A stretch of 64,000 nt of DNA from Flavobacteriales bacterium (GTDB taxonomy: Bacteria; Bacteroidota; Bacteroidia; Flavobacteriales_D; Crocinitomicaceae): contig VEQH01000008.1 in NCBI GenBank assembly GCA_018883325.1, forward strand, positions 12,783-76,782, given 5' to 3'. Numbering within the stretch: position 1 is the first letter of the stretch; each line of letters begins with the position of its first letter. Positions 28,450-37,955 of the stretch are shown here, piece by piece. A program made the translations under genes and the position numbers. Under the pieces are notes generated by a model, which saw only the letters and a program-made list of their open reading frames with translations, ran no database searches and was not told where the DNA came from.

Positions 28450-29931
28450 TTATTTGATAACAACTGATTTAGTTGATGTCATACCATTTGAAGTAATTGA
28501 AACTACATAACTTCCTTTAGCAACATTTGAAGTTGGGATAGAAATTACTTGAGTTCCGTTTAAGTTTGATAAGTTTTGGATAGCAATTACACGACCTTGT
28601 AAGTCAACTAATTTTACAGTGTAGTCAGCGTTGCTCGCTTCAAAAGAAACATTTACCTCTGTTGAAGCAGGGTTAGGATAAACATTCATAGCAACTTGAG
28701 CTAATTCGTTGATTCCTAAAACACCTGTTTTGAATAATTTAACATCAGAACTTGTAAATTCTCCTCCTGAAACAATTACTGCACCAGTAGCATCTTTAAT
28801 CTCATATCCACCGTTACCGTAGTTACAACACATTCCGTCGTCGTAAGAATCTAAAACTTCAAATTTGTAACACTCACTCGGGTTCAATTCAGCATAAACA
28901 ACTGGTTGAACAGCTGTTGTGTTAGATGATAAATTGGTGTAAGGACCACCCGATTGAACTGTTTGACCAGCTGCATTTTTTAATCTCCATGTTGTTTCTG
29001 AACCATATCTATCTGTTGTAATGTGGATTGAAACAAATTGTGATGCTGCTGCTTGAGCGCCAGCAACTGCAATGTTCAATGTGTTATTAGACGCTGCTGC
29101 ATCACCTGTTGTAGAAACTGTAACGTTCAATGTTCCTCCTGTAAAGTTTGGAATGTCTGAACATGTTACTGTTGCAACACCATAAGTTGCCAAATTTCCT
29201 GTGTAAGTTCCAGTTGAAACAACATTTCCACCTTGTGTAATAGAAATTGTTGCACTTGTTAAAGCATCAGTTCCATTATTTTGGATTTGAACTTTTGGAG
29301 TATAGATTCCTTCACAATGAGCTGTTTCACCTTTATTAGCTAAAACGGCAACATCAGCAGGTTGAGAAGCTGGTGCAGGACAACCACCAACATAACTATT
29401 CAATAAAGCCAAAGTTCCAATTCCTCCAGCAACACCAGATTTGTAAACTGTTCTGTTAGGACAAATTACATACATTACTGGAAAATAAGCGATGTCTAAA
29501 CCTGTGTTTTCAAAAGACGCTTGGGTTGTTAAATTGATGATTGGCATGTCTTCTCCTGTAACCCAGTCACCTTGAGAATTGTTTCCATTATTTGGGTCAA
29601 TACATCCAGCATCACCTGATAAACATTCAACGCTAGTTTGTGTATCTCCTTCAATGAAGAAAACCATCGCTTCGTTTGTCCCGTTTGGACCTTTAGCATT
29701 GTAAAAGTCATTTAATGCGCCTGTGTTATGATAACTCCAACATGGTCCACACCAAGTTGCAGACACGTCAATAACCACCATTTTTCCTGCGTCTAAATAG
29801 TCAAATAATGTGTGTGTGTTACCATTTATATCTGTCAAGGTAAAATTCCCAACCACCGTTCCAACTGGAGTTTGAGCGTTTACCGAAGAAATTCCAGCGA
29901 AAATCGCCAGGCTAAGTAAAAGTTTTTTCAT
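28450..29931 (-). CDS. T9SS-sorted protein with N-terminal thioredoxin-fold domain
   Basis: Signal peptide, a redox-type active site SATWCGPCW, a CARDB-like module, a YGSETTW...DSYDDG module, and the C-terminal VYPNPASTEVNV...GSYVVSI T9SS CTD. Confidence 0.7.
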   Translation of the reverse strand: MKKLLLSLAIFAGISSVNAQTPVGTVVGNFTLTDINGNTHTLFDYLDAGKMVVIDVSATWCGPCWSYHNTGALNDFYNAKGPNGTNEAMVFFIEGDTQTSVECLSGDAGCIDPNNGNNSQGDWVTGEDMPIINLTTQASFENTGLDIAYFPVMYVICPNRTVYKSGVAGGIGTLALLNSYVGGCPAPASQPADVAVLANKGETAHCEGIYTPKVQIQNNGTDALTSATISITQGGNVVSTGTYTGNLATYGVATVTCSDIPNFTGGTLNVTVSTTGDAAASNNTLNIAVAGAQAAASQFVSIHITTDRYGSETTWRLKNAAGQTVQSGGPYTNLSSNTTAVQPVVYAELNPSECYKFEVLDSYDDGMCCNYGNGGYEIKDATGAVIVSGGEFTSSDVKLFKTGVLGINELAQVAMNVYPNPASTEVNVSFEASNADYTVKLVDLQGRVIAIQNLSNLNGTQVISIPTSNVAKGSYVVSITSNGMTSTKSVVIK

Positions 29932-29979
29932 GATTAAAAATTTAGTATATTAGTGTAAATTTAACAATAAGTTTATCTT

Positions 29980-30672
29980 ATGAAAAAAAAATTGGTTGTT
30001 TTTTCAGGTGCGGGTATGAGCGCAGAAAGTGGAATTGGAACTTTCAGAGATGCAGGTGGTCTTTGGGAACAATATAACATTGAGGATGTTGCGACGCCAG
30101 AAGCATGGAAAAAAAATCCTGATTTAGTGACCGATTTCTACAATCAACGCCGAAAACAAGTGATTGAAGCCGTACCAAATTCAGCGCATTTATTAATAGC
30201 TTCTTTAGAGAAATATTTTGTGGTTCATGTTGTTACACAAAACATCGACGATTTACATGAACGAGCTGGTTCTAGTTCCGTTTTACATCTTCATGGAAAT
30301 ATTCGTTTAGCAAAATCGTCTGGACCGAATCAAGAAGATCGGTATTATCCTATTGAAGGTTGGGAACTGACAGCAAATGATAAATGTCCTGACGGTTTTC
30401 CTTTGCGACCGCATGTCGTTTGGTTTGGAGAACAAGTTCCAGCATTAAATGACGCCGCAAAAATTATTCAAGAAGCTGATATTCTTGTTGTTGTTGGAAC
30501 TTCGCTTCAAGTTTACCCTGCGGCAGGTTTGGTTCATTTAGCTCCTGGAAATTGCAAATGCTATGTTATTGATCCAAATAGTGATGAATTTGAAGTTCCA
30601 TCGAATTTTATAAAAATCAAGGCAAACGCAAGTGAAGGAATGCGTGAATTGATACAGCGAATAACAGACTAA
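29980..30672 (+). CDS. cobB: Sir2-family NAD-dependent protein deacylase
   Basis: GAGMSAESGIGTFRD, QNIDDLHERAG, HLHGN and RPHVVWFGE are canonical sirtuin motifs. Confidence 0.85.
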   Translation: MKKKLVVFSGAGMSAESGIGTFRDAGGLWEQYNIEDVATPEAWKKNPDLVTDFYNQRRKQVIEAVPNSAHLLIASLEKYFVVHVVTQNIDDLHERAGSSSVLHLHGNIRLAKSSGPNQEDRYYPIEGWELTANDKCPDGFPLRPHVVWFGEQVPALNDAAKIIQEADILVVVGTSLQVYPAAGLVHLAPGNCKCYVIDPNSDEFEVPSNFIKIKANASEGMRELIQRITD

Positions 30673-30682
30673 ACTATTTTAA

Positions 30683-30799
30683 GACCGTTTCAAAAGTCGA
30701 TAATTTAGGCTTTCTAAAAATTTAAACCCGGAGTTTACCCTTGTAAATGAGGATTTTAAATTTTTAGAGTAACGACAAGTAGCGAGTTTTGCAACAGTC
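30683..30799. repeat. nested inverted-repeat element between convergent genes
   Basis: The outer arms are GACCGTTTCAAAAGTCG (30683..30699) and CGAGTTTTGCAACAGTC (30783..30799), complementary at 14/17. The inner arms TCTAAAAATTTAAA (30713..30726) and TTTAAATTTTTAGA (30755..30768) are perfect. Confidence 0.55.
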
Positions 30800-31549
30800 T
30801 TATTTTTTCTTTAATTGTTCCTTTATAAACAATTCAATTGCGCCAACCATTGAAGGTGCTTTTGGATGAGGAGCGTGAACGTCAAGTCTCAAATTGTGTT
30901 TAACAACTGCACTTGCTGTAGTTGGTCCGAAAGCTGCAATTACGGTATCGTTTTGTTTAAAGTCTGGAAAGTTTTTGAATAAAGATTCAATTCCTCCAGG
31001 ACTGAAAAACACCAACATATCGTAATAAACATCTTCTAAATCAGACAAATCAGAAGCAACTGTACGGTATAAAACAACTTTAGTAAATGTCATTCCTTGT
31101 TGCTCCAAAGTAATAGGAATATTATCGCGTAAAATGTCAGTACAAGGCAGCAGAAACTTTTCAGATTTGTGTTTTTTCATCACGTCTGCCAAATCGTTGA
31201 TTGTTTGTTTTCCGAAGAAAATTTTACGTTTACGGTAAGCAACATATTTTTGTAAGTACAAAGCAACTGCTTCAGAAATACAGAAATATTTCATTGATTC
31301 TGGAACCTCAAAGCGAATTTCCTCGGCAATTCTAAAAAAGTGATCAACAGCAACTTTAGAGGTTAAAATTACAGCTGTGTGTTCTGAAATATTTACTTTT
31401 TGAGCACGAAACTCTTTTCCATCTATTCCTTCCACTTTAATAAATGGTCGAAAATCGATTTTTAATTTGTACTTTTCAGCCAAATCATAGTAAGGGGACT
31501 TTTCTCCTTCGGGTTTAGGTTGAGAGACCAGTATAGTTTTTATAGCCAA
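30800..31549 (-). CDS. hemD: uroporphyrinogen-III synthase
   Basis: 249 aa with HemD-like two-lobe sequence character (ILVSQPKP...VILTSK...FFSPGGIESL). The downstream DUF4271 gene is its usual neighbour in Bacteroidota (from memory). Confidence 0.7.
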   Translation of the reverse strand: MAIKTILVSQPKPEGEKSPYYDLAEKYKLKIDFRPFIKVEGIDGKEFRAQKVNISEHTAVILTSKVAVDHFFRIAEEIRFEVPESMKYFCISEAVALYLQKYVAYRKRKIFFGKQTINDLADVMKKHKSEKFLLPCTDILRDNIPITLEQQGMTFTKVVLYRTVASDLSDLEDVYYDMLVFFSPGGIESLFKNFPDFKQNDTVIAAFGPTTASAVVKHNLRLDVHAPHPKAPSMVGAIELFIKEQLKKK

Positions 31550-31578
31550 TTTTAGACGATTTTAATATAATTCAACCA

Positions 31579-32271
31579 TCACATTTCCCATTGAAAAAAA
31601 CCTAGAGCCAGTTTTATAAAAACAAAGGCAGGTAAAATTTCAAGCGTGCAAAGATACAAAATAAAATAATACCATCGTATTCTCTTTTTAAGCGATAAAA
31701 TCAACCCTTTTATAACCCTTAAAAGCAGCATTAAAATCAATAAAACAATAAAAACTATTGTAAAAATCGTGTTCTGATTCAAGTTTAATGTCCAAACGGT
31801 TGCTAGAATCAGCAATATAATTCCTCCAAATTGCCAAACATTTCGATTTACACTTACAATTGCATCTGTAATATCGCTTATTCCTGTCAAAAAAGCGACG
31901 AAACGAAAACCGAATTGCTGTAAAAGTAAAAAGAGAAATGAAGAAACTACAGCCAATAAACTTGCATTCAAGGTTGTTAGGTAGTTTTGAAAAACTAAGA
32001 ACACACAAAGCGAAAGCGAGAGAAAAAAGTTGATCGTTAAAAGTAAATTTGTACCCAAACTGATTTTTAAAGTCTCTTTAAATTCCTTTTCCTTCGTAGA
32101 AAGTTTGAAAAAGTTTTTCACTAAAAGACTTAAAAATCCATTTATCCGCATTCCACCCCAACCGATGAAAAAAAAACAAAGTAGTACTATCAACAACAAT
32201 AATGTACTTAATTGTGTTTCTCTTTCAAGCAATTTAAATTCAGGGGAAAGGGCAAGAAAAATTGGAATCAT
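31579..32271 (-). CDS. DUF4271-like multi-pass membrane protein
   Basis: 230 aa with about 6 hydrophobic helices. It is adjacent to hemD. Confidence 0.55.
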   Translation of the reverse strand: MIPIFLALSPEFKLLERETQLSTLLLLIVLLCFFFIGWGGMRINGFLSLLVKNFFKLSTKEKEFKETLKISLGTNLLLTINFFLSLSLCVFLVFQNYLTTLNASLLAVVSSFLFLLLQQFGFRFVAFLTGISDITDAIVSVNRNVWQFGGIILLILATVWTLNLNQNTIFTIVFIVLLILMLLLRVIKGLILSLKKRIRWYYFILYLCTLEILPAFVFIKLALGFFQWEM

Positions 32272-32277
32272 CGGTCA

Positions 32278-32285
32278 CAAAATTA
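32278..32285 (-). promoter_or_regulatory. -7 promoter box TAnnTTTG
   Basis: The minus strand reads TAATTTTG-tgaccg-ATG(32271). Confidence 0.4.
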
Positions 32286-32321
32286 ATTAGAATTAGATTG
32301 CTTTGTCATAAATACAATACT

Positions 32322-32329
32322 TACTTTTG
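32322..32329 (+). promoter_or_regulatory. -7 promoter box TAnnTTTG
   Basis: TACTTTTG lies 22 nt upstream of the ATG at 32352. Confidence 0.4.
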
Positions 32330-32351
32330 CACCACTTAAAAATAATTTAGC

Positions 32352-33542
32352 ATGAAAACAGATTTGTACACACACCCAGATCATTATGCAATGGACGATT
32401 TATTGTCTGACGAGCACAAATTAGTGCGCGATGCAGCGAGAGCTTGGGTGAAAAAAGAAGTTTCTCCAATCATTGATGAACATTTTGAAAATGCAACGTT
32501 TCCAAAACATTTACTTAAAGGTTTAGGAGAAATCGGAGCTTTTGGCCCTTATATTCCTGAAGAATATGGTGGTCCAGGTTTAGATCAAATTTCTTACGGT
32601 CTAATCATGCAAGAATTAGAAAGATGTGATTCAGGTTTGCGTTCAACGGCTTCTGTTCAGTCTTCTTTGGTGATGTATCCAATTTGGAAATATGGTACGG
32701 AAGAACAAAAAATGAAGTACTTACCAAAATTAGCTACTGGCGAAATGATGGGATGTTTTGGATTAACTGAGCCTGATCACGGTTCAAATCCAAGCGGAAT
32801 GACAACTAATTTCAAAGATGCTGGTGACCATGTGATTTTAAATGGTGCTAAAATGTGGATTTCAAATGCTCCTTTCGCTGATATCGCAGTAGTTTGGGCA
32901 AAAGATGAAACAGGCCGTATTCATGGTTTAGTTGTTGAAAGAGGAATGGAAGGTTTTTCTACACCAGAAATGCACGGAAAACTTTCTTTGAGAGCTTCTG
33001 CAACAGGCGAGTTGATTTTCGTAAATGTGAAAGTTCCTAAAGCAAATATTTTACCTGGTAGATCTGGACTTGGAGCGCCATTAAGCTGTTTGGATTCTGC
33101 ACGTTTTGGTATTGCTTGGGGTGCGTTAGGTGCTGCTATGGATTGTTATGATCAAGCGCTTCGCTACTCAAAAGAAAGAACTCAATTCAATGTTCCGATT
33201 GGTGCATTTCAATTGGTTCAGAAAAAATTAGCTGAAATGATTACTGAAATCACGAAAGCACAATTGTTGACATTGCGTTTAGGTCAATTGAGAAATGAAG
33301 GTAAAGCAACCTCAGCTCAAATTTCTATGGCGAAAAGAAACAATGTTGAAATCGCTTTAAATATTGCACGTGAAGCTCGCCAAATTCATGGTGGAATGGG
33401 TATCACAAGTGAATATTCTATGATGCGTCACATGGCAAACTTAGAATCGGTTGTAACTTACGAAGGTACACACGATATTCACTTATTGATTACGGGAATG
33501 GATATTACTGGAATTCCTGCTTTCACAAGAGAAATGCCATAA
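32352..33542 (+). CDS. gcdH: acyl-CoA dehydrogenase, glutaryl-CoA dehydrogenase-like
   Basis: ACAD motifs (GCFGLTEPDHGSNPSGM, KMWISNAPFADI, YEGTHDIH). The N-terminal DDLLSDEHKLVRDAARAW is typical of GCDH. Confidence 0.75.
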   Translation: MKTDLYTHPDHYAMDDLLSDEHKLVRDAARAWVKKEVSPIIDEHFENATFPKHLLKGLGEIGAFGPYIPEEYGGPGLDQISYGLIMQELERCDSGLRSTASVQSSLVMYPIWKYGTEEQKMKYLPKLATGEMMGCFGLTEPDHGSNPSGMTTNFKDAGDHVILNGAKMWISNAPFADIAVVWAKDETGRIHGLVVERGMEGFSTPEMHGKLSLRASATGELIFVNVKVPKANILPGRSGLGAPLSCLDSARFGIAWGALGAAMDCYDQALRYSKERTQFNVPIGAFQLVQKKLAEMITEITKAQLLTLRLGQLRNEGKATSAQISMAKRNNVEIALNIAREARQIHGGMGITSEYSMMRHMANLESVVTYEGTHDIHLLITGMDITGIPAFTREMP

Positions 33543-33559
33543 AAACATAAACATAAAAA

Positions 33560-33601
33560 GCAAAAAGTAAGGGGCAATGATTATTGCCCCTTACTTTTTG
33601 C
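33560..33601. terminator. bidirectional terminator with a perfect 19-bp stem
   Basis: GCAAAAAGTAAGGGGCAAT-gatt-ATTGCCCCTTACTTTTTGC, flanked by A/T runs, between convergent genes. Confidence 0.8.
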
Positions 33602-33603
33602 TT

Positions 33604-35442
33604 TTATAATTCATCATCCTCTCCTTCGATATTCTTATCTCCACGCAATACACGTATGCGTTTACGTGCCTCGGCTGAAAACAAGCTTCCTTTGTAATCA
33701 ATTGCCAAACGACGGTACAATTCCAAGGCTTTTTCTTTGTTTATCAAAACATTGTCATTGATGTCTGCCATTCTGAAAAGCGCATCATCTGCAAGTATAT
33801 CTTGTCCGTGAAATTTCAATAAATCTTCATAGTAATCTAAGGCTTTTTGCCAATTTCCTTGCATTTCGTTTGCTTTTGCTTTGCGGAACAAAATTTCATC
33901 TGCTAAAGAATGAAATGGATAATTCAACTGAATACTGTCAAACAATTGAAAAGCTTCTGCATATTTATGTTGTTCAATTAACAATTCAGCATTTGCAAAC
34001 CAAGTCATAACGGTATAATTGCTATCCAAACCAAAATTATCTGTTATGAAAACAGACAACTGCATTGCGTCATTTGCTATCAATCTGGAGGTTGCTTCTT
34101 TCAATACGTTCAATTGTCCTTGCGCGAAATCAAATTCTCCGTCGAAGTAAAAAACCCGAGCATTTTTAAACTTGGCTTCTTCTCCAATTGACTCAAATTT
34201 AAAATCTGTGTCAATTTGCATATACAATAATGAAGCTTCCCAAATATCGCCACCTAAAACGTGAACATCTGCAAGTTGCATTTTTAATTGTGCTTTTTGA
34301 ATGTCTGTTAAGCCCGGCGTTTGCATTAAATTCGTTAAAATCTCAATTGCTTTTTCAGCCTTGTTTGCATAAAAAGCGAGAATGTGGGCATATTCCAAAA
34401 TGATAGAAACACTTTGTCTGCTTTTACCCGTTTTGGCAATTGCGTTTTCGTAGTCCAATAGAGTAGCATCGATTTCTGTTTGCGAAAATGCGCGATTCGT
34501 TGTTAATTCCAAGTACCTTGTGTTCAATAGTGATTTTAAAGCTTCAAAGAAAATTGGGCCATTTTCTCCCAATGCCATCACATAATTGAAACATTTCCTA
34601 GCTGAAGCATAATCTTTGTTTTCAAGGCAAATCATTCCTAAATCTTGCACCCGATACCCGTCGTTTGTCGTGCGTTTATCCAATGCGACAACTTGCGTGA
34701 AAGCTCCACCAAAGTTTTTACTTTGCACAAAAAGCCAAACAATCATTTCTGAAAACACAAGGTTTGAATTCAGTTTCTGAGCTCGCTGTAACAAGGCTTC
34801 TTTTAACAATAAAAAATCGGCTTCTTCGCTATTGGATAATTTCATGCGTTGATTCATTGCCAATTGGATGGATTCATACATTGTAGGCTGCGTTTCAACG
34901 TAATCTAAGTACTCGCGCACCATTTCCGTTTTATTTCCTGTTAATGCATAATAATCAGCATATTGAAAATTGAAAGGATAATAATTCGCCACTTTTCGAC
35001 CTTTATCCAAGGTTAATTTTGCATAATCAAATTTTCCTTTTGCGGCAAAAGCTTGGTAGGTCTGAATAATTATAGAAGGATTGTTACCAACATTCTCAAC
35101 GATGTCTTCGTAAGCTTTTTTCGCTTTTGCGGGTTCGTTGGTGTCGTCATAAAATTGACCTAAAATCACTTTTAATTCTAAGTCGTTTTTGTTGCTTGCA
35201 ATTTGTTTTTTGATTGTTTTTTCAGCCGTTTTAAAATCCTTGATTTGCATCAAACATTCTAAATAGCGGTTGAAATAAACCTTAGTTGGTGTTGCGTTGT
35301 AAATTTTCTCATAATAGCCCGTTGCTTTATCAAATTCACCATTGGAATAATAATGTTGAGCTAATTGGATGTCTGTTTCTGTTTGCGAAAATGCAGAAAA
35401 TGAGCCAAGAATAAACAGTAAAACAAATCCTAATTGTTTCAT
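33604..35442 (-). CDS. TPR-repeat protein
   Basis: 612 aa with a signal peptide and repeated TPR-like helices (YYSNGEFDKATGYYEKI, etc.). Its start overlaps the upstream ORF by 4 nt. Confidence 0.7.
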   Translation of the reverse strand: MKQLGFVLLFILGSFSAFSQTETDIQLAQHYYSNGEFDKATGYYEKIYNATPTKVYFNRYLECLMQIKDFKTAEKTIKKQIASNKNDLELKVILGQFYDDTNEPAKAKKAYEDIVENVGNNPSIIIQTYQAFAAKGKFDYAKLTLDKGRKVANYYPFNFQYADYYALTGNKTEMVREYLDYVETQPTMYESIQLAMNQRMKLSNSEEADFLLLKEALLQRAQKLNSNLVFSEMIVWLFVQSKNFGGAFTQVVALDKRTTNDGYRVQDLGMICLENKDYASARKCFNYVMALGENGPIFFEALKSLLNTRYLELTTNRAFSQTEIDATLLDYENAIAKTGKSRQSVSIILEYAHILAFYANKAEKAIEILTNLMQTPGLTDIQKAQLKMQLADVHVLGGDIWEASLLYMQIDTDFKFESIGEEAKFKNARVFYFDGEFDFAQGQLNVLKEATSRLIANDAMQLSVFITDNFGLDSNYTVMTWFANAELLIEQHKYAEAFQLFDSIQLNYPFHSLADEILFRKAKANEMQGNWQKALDYYEDLLKFHGQDILADDALFRMADINDNVLINKEKALELYRRLAIDYKGSLFSAEARKRIRVLRGDKNIEGEDDEL

Positions 35443-35993
35443 TTTGATGTTTTATTTTTCTTCTCCAACAAACTCATTGAAAAGGAGTAAAGTTCTGCGT
35501 GAAGTTCCGTGTAAGTTTTGAAAATCACTTCTTTTTGTTCTTTATAATCGTTTAATAAAACAGCGATTTTGTTGATTTTATCTGCTTCAAATGCTAAATA
35601 TTCTTCGTATTTCTCGCGCTCACCGTGTCCGTTTACAATGTCTGAACGAAGATTTTTTAATGCTAAACGCTCTTCTTTGATGCTGTTTTTAACTTTTTTG
35701 AAAGCTTCTCCTAAGGGATTGAATGCTCTGCGCATGCGTTTGTAGGCATCCATTTTTTTTCCTAATTCAACATCAACTTTGTCAAGAATTAAATTGTTTT
35801 TAATGCGCAATTCAACAGTACTAGTTGAAAGTTTCAATTCTGTTAAGGTATCGATTTTGTGTACTTTCAATTCTTTTTCTAAAGAATCTACACGTTGATT
35901 CATTGTGTCAATTGTTGCTAACTGTTCCTTTTTTTGAAGGTCTGCACATGAACCAAGCAAACCAATTAAAATGACGAATAAAAATAATCTCAT
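35439..35993 (-). CDS. hypothetical coiled-coil lipoprotein
   Basis: Lipobox LLGSC and a charged helical sequence. It is coupled (ATGA overlap) to the TPR gene. Confidence 0.5.
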   Translation of the reverse strand: MRLFLFVILIGLLGSCADLQKKEQLATIDTMNQRVDSLEKELKVHKIDTLTELKLSTSTVELRIKNNLILDKVDVELGKKMDAYKRMRRAFNPLGEAFKKVKNSIKEERLALKNLRSDIVNGHGEREKYEEYLAFEADKINKIAVLLNDYKEQKEVIFKTYTELHAELYSFSMSLLEKKNKTSK

Positions 35994-36113
35994 GGTTTAA
36001 AATTATGAATTTACAATCGGAAATAAATCTTCCTTTTTCTTATTTAACATTTATTTGTCCATCCGTAAAGAAGAACGAGCAAATGTAGTGAAAACCACGA
36101 TTGATGAGGGTAA

Positions 36114-36470
36114 TTACCTCTTTGAGATTTTATTTTGAGTAATGTTGCGTTGTAGATTACATTTGAAGCGATCTATTTCTGGGTTGCGTGATTTAGCATG
36201 CTTGGTTTTGCAATTCTCTACCCGTTCGCGCCACAATTTATAACTTGAAAACTTCAACTCTTTTTTCATCAATTTTTTGACTTCCGCTTCCGACAAACCA
36301 AATTGTGCTTTGATTGCATCAAAAGGAGTACGGTCTTCCCATGCCATTTCAATGATTCGGTCAATGTCGCCGTCACTCAAACTCGTTTCGGTTTGCTTTT
36401 CCTCTTTGATGTTCATGTAAGCCATTGGAGAAGGTAAGTCGCTGTAATGGCAATATTCTTCGTTTGTCAT
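36114..36470 (-). CDS. TIGR03643 / DUF2805-family protein
   Basis: IIEMAWEDRTPFDAIKAQFGLSEAEVKKLMKKELKFSSYKLWRERV matches my memory of this small conserved family. Confidence 0.6.
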   Translation of the reverse strand: MTNEEYCHYSDLPSPMAYMNIKEEKQTETSLSDGDIDRIIEMAWEDRTPFDAIKAQFGLSEAEVKKLMKKELKFSSYKLWRERVENCKTKHAKSRNPEIDRFKCNLQRNITQNKISKR

Positions 36471-36584
36471 AATTCATAAAACAGCTGATTTGTTTAAATT
36501 GTTTATTTGTAGAATTTGATTTTTTGCAAGAAAGGACCAAATCATAAATTGTTAACTTAAAGTCCTTCACGCTATTTTTTGGAT

Positions 36585-36592
36585 TAATTTTG
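36585..36592 (+). promoter_or_regulatory. -7 promoter box TAnnTTTG
   Basis: TAATTTTG-caac-ATG(36597). Confidence 0.4.
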
Positions 36593-36596
36593 CAAC

Positions 36597-37955
36597 ATGT
36601 CTCAAAACAACGACACTATTTGTGCTTTAGCAACCCCAAACGCCATTGGTGCTATCGCCATTATACGTGTTTCTGGAATGGATGCGAAGCGAAAAACAGA
36701 ACAATTTTTTAGCAAAAAACTTTCCGATAAAGCTTCTCACACAGTGCATTTTGGAATTTTTAAATCACGTGCTGGTGAAACCATTGACGAAGTTTTAATT
36801 AGCGTTTTTGACACTGGAAAAAGTTTCACTGGAGAGGAAAGCGTTGAGATTTCTTGTCATGCTTCTCCTTACATTCAGCAACAAATTATTCAAACATTAG
36901 TGAGTGCAGACTGTCGTTTGGCTGAGCCGGGTGAGTTTACAAAACGTGCATTTATGAACGGAAAATTAGACTTGTCGCAAGCGGAAGCGGTGGCAGATTT
37001 AATTGCTTCTCAATCCAAACAAGCGCACCAAATTGCACTTCGTCAGTTGCGGGGAAACTTCTCACACGAGCTTCACGACCTACGTGAAAAATTGATTCAT
37101 TTCGCTTCTTTGATTGAACTCGAATTAGACTTCGCTGAAGAAGATGTTGAGTTTGCCGACCGAACACAATTGAAAGCTTTGGTGGCTGAAGTGTTGCAAA
37201 TTGTGAAACGTTTGGCGCAATCTTTTGCACTTGGAAACGCACTTAAAAATGGAGTCCCTGTTGCAATTGTCGGAGCACCAAACACAGGAAAAAGTACTTT
37301 ATTAAATCAATTATTAGGCGAAGACCGCGCAATTGTATCAAATATTGCGGGAACAACAAGAGATGTCATCGAGGAAACTTTAAATATTGATGGGATATTA
37401 TTCCGATTAATTGACACCGCAGGAATCCGAGAAACGACCGAAACAATCGAAGCTTTAGGGATTGAACGTTCTCAACAAAAAATCGAACAAGCGAGTATTG
37501 TTTTGTGCATGGCAGACGCTAGCAAGCCAGAAAATGTTTCTGAAGTTCAAGCTTGGCAAACAGATTTAATGCAACTTCATCCCGACAAACAAGTTTTATT
37601 GGTGCTGAATAAAGTTGACATCAACAGCATCGAAATTGAAAACAGCATTGCGATAAGTGCAAAAAAAGGATTGGGAATTGACCGTTTGAAAAGCAAATTA
37701 GTTGAGCTTATCATTGGGACTTTTGATTTACAAAACGAAACAATTGTTGCAAACGCACGTCACCACGAAGCATTATTGAAAACAGCAAACGCACTCGAAA
37801 AAGCGCAATACGATTTAGACAACGGAACCACAGGTGATTTCATCGCAATGGACATTCGAGAGGCAATGCGCCAACTCGGAAATATCACTGGAGAAATCCA
37901 AATTGATAAAGATTTGCTTGGAAATATCTTTAGTAAGTTTTGTATAGGAAAGTAG
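36597..37955 (+). CDS. mnmE: tRNA modification GTPase MnmE
   Basis: DTICALATP...GAIAIIRVSG N-domain, G-domain GAPNTGKSTLLN / DTAGIR / NKVD, and the C-terminal CIGK. Confidence 0.95.
   Translation: MSQNNDTICALATPNAIGAIAIIRVSGMDAKRKTEQFFSKKLSDKASHTVHFGIFKSRAGETIDEVLISVFDTGKSFTGEESVEISCHASPYIQQQIIQTLVSADCRLAEPGEFTKRAFMNGKLDLSQAEAVADLIASQSKQAHQIALRQLRGNFSHELHDLREKLIHFASLIELELDFAEEDVEFADRTQLKALVAEVLQIVKRLAQSFALGNALKNGVPVAIVGAPNTGKSTLLNQLLGEDRAIVSNIAGTTRDVIEETLNIDGILFRLIDTAGIRETTETIEALGIERSQQKIEQASIVLCMADASKPENVSEVQAWQTDLMQLHPDKQVLLVLNKVDINSIEIENSIAISAKKGLGIDRLKSKLVELIIGTFDLQNETIVANARHHEALLKTANALEKAQYDLDNGTTGDFIAMDIREAMRQLGNITGEIQIDKDLLGNIFSKFCIGK

Noticed and set aside
29980-30672. The SIR2-domain protein as a defence effector (Thoeris, DSR or SIR2-HerA type).
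   Set aside because: It is a compact 230-aa sirtuin with the canonical deacylase motifs (GAGxSxxSGIxxFR, HG, RPxVVxFGE), no fused sensor domain and no partner gene, in core-like GC context. It is best read as housekeeping CobB. I did note that the usual Zn-ribbon cysteines are mostly absent (only one Cys, in DKCPDG), but I cannot judge from here whether that is unusual for Bacteroidota.
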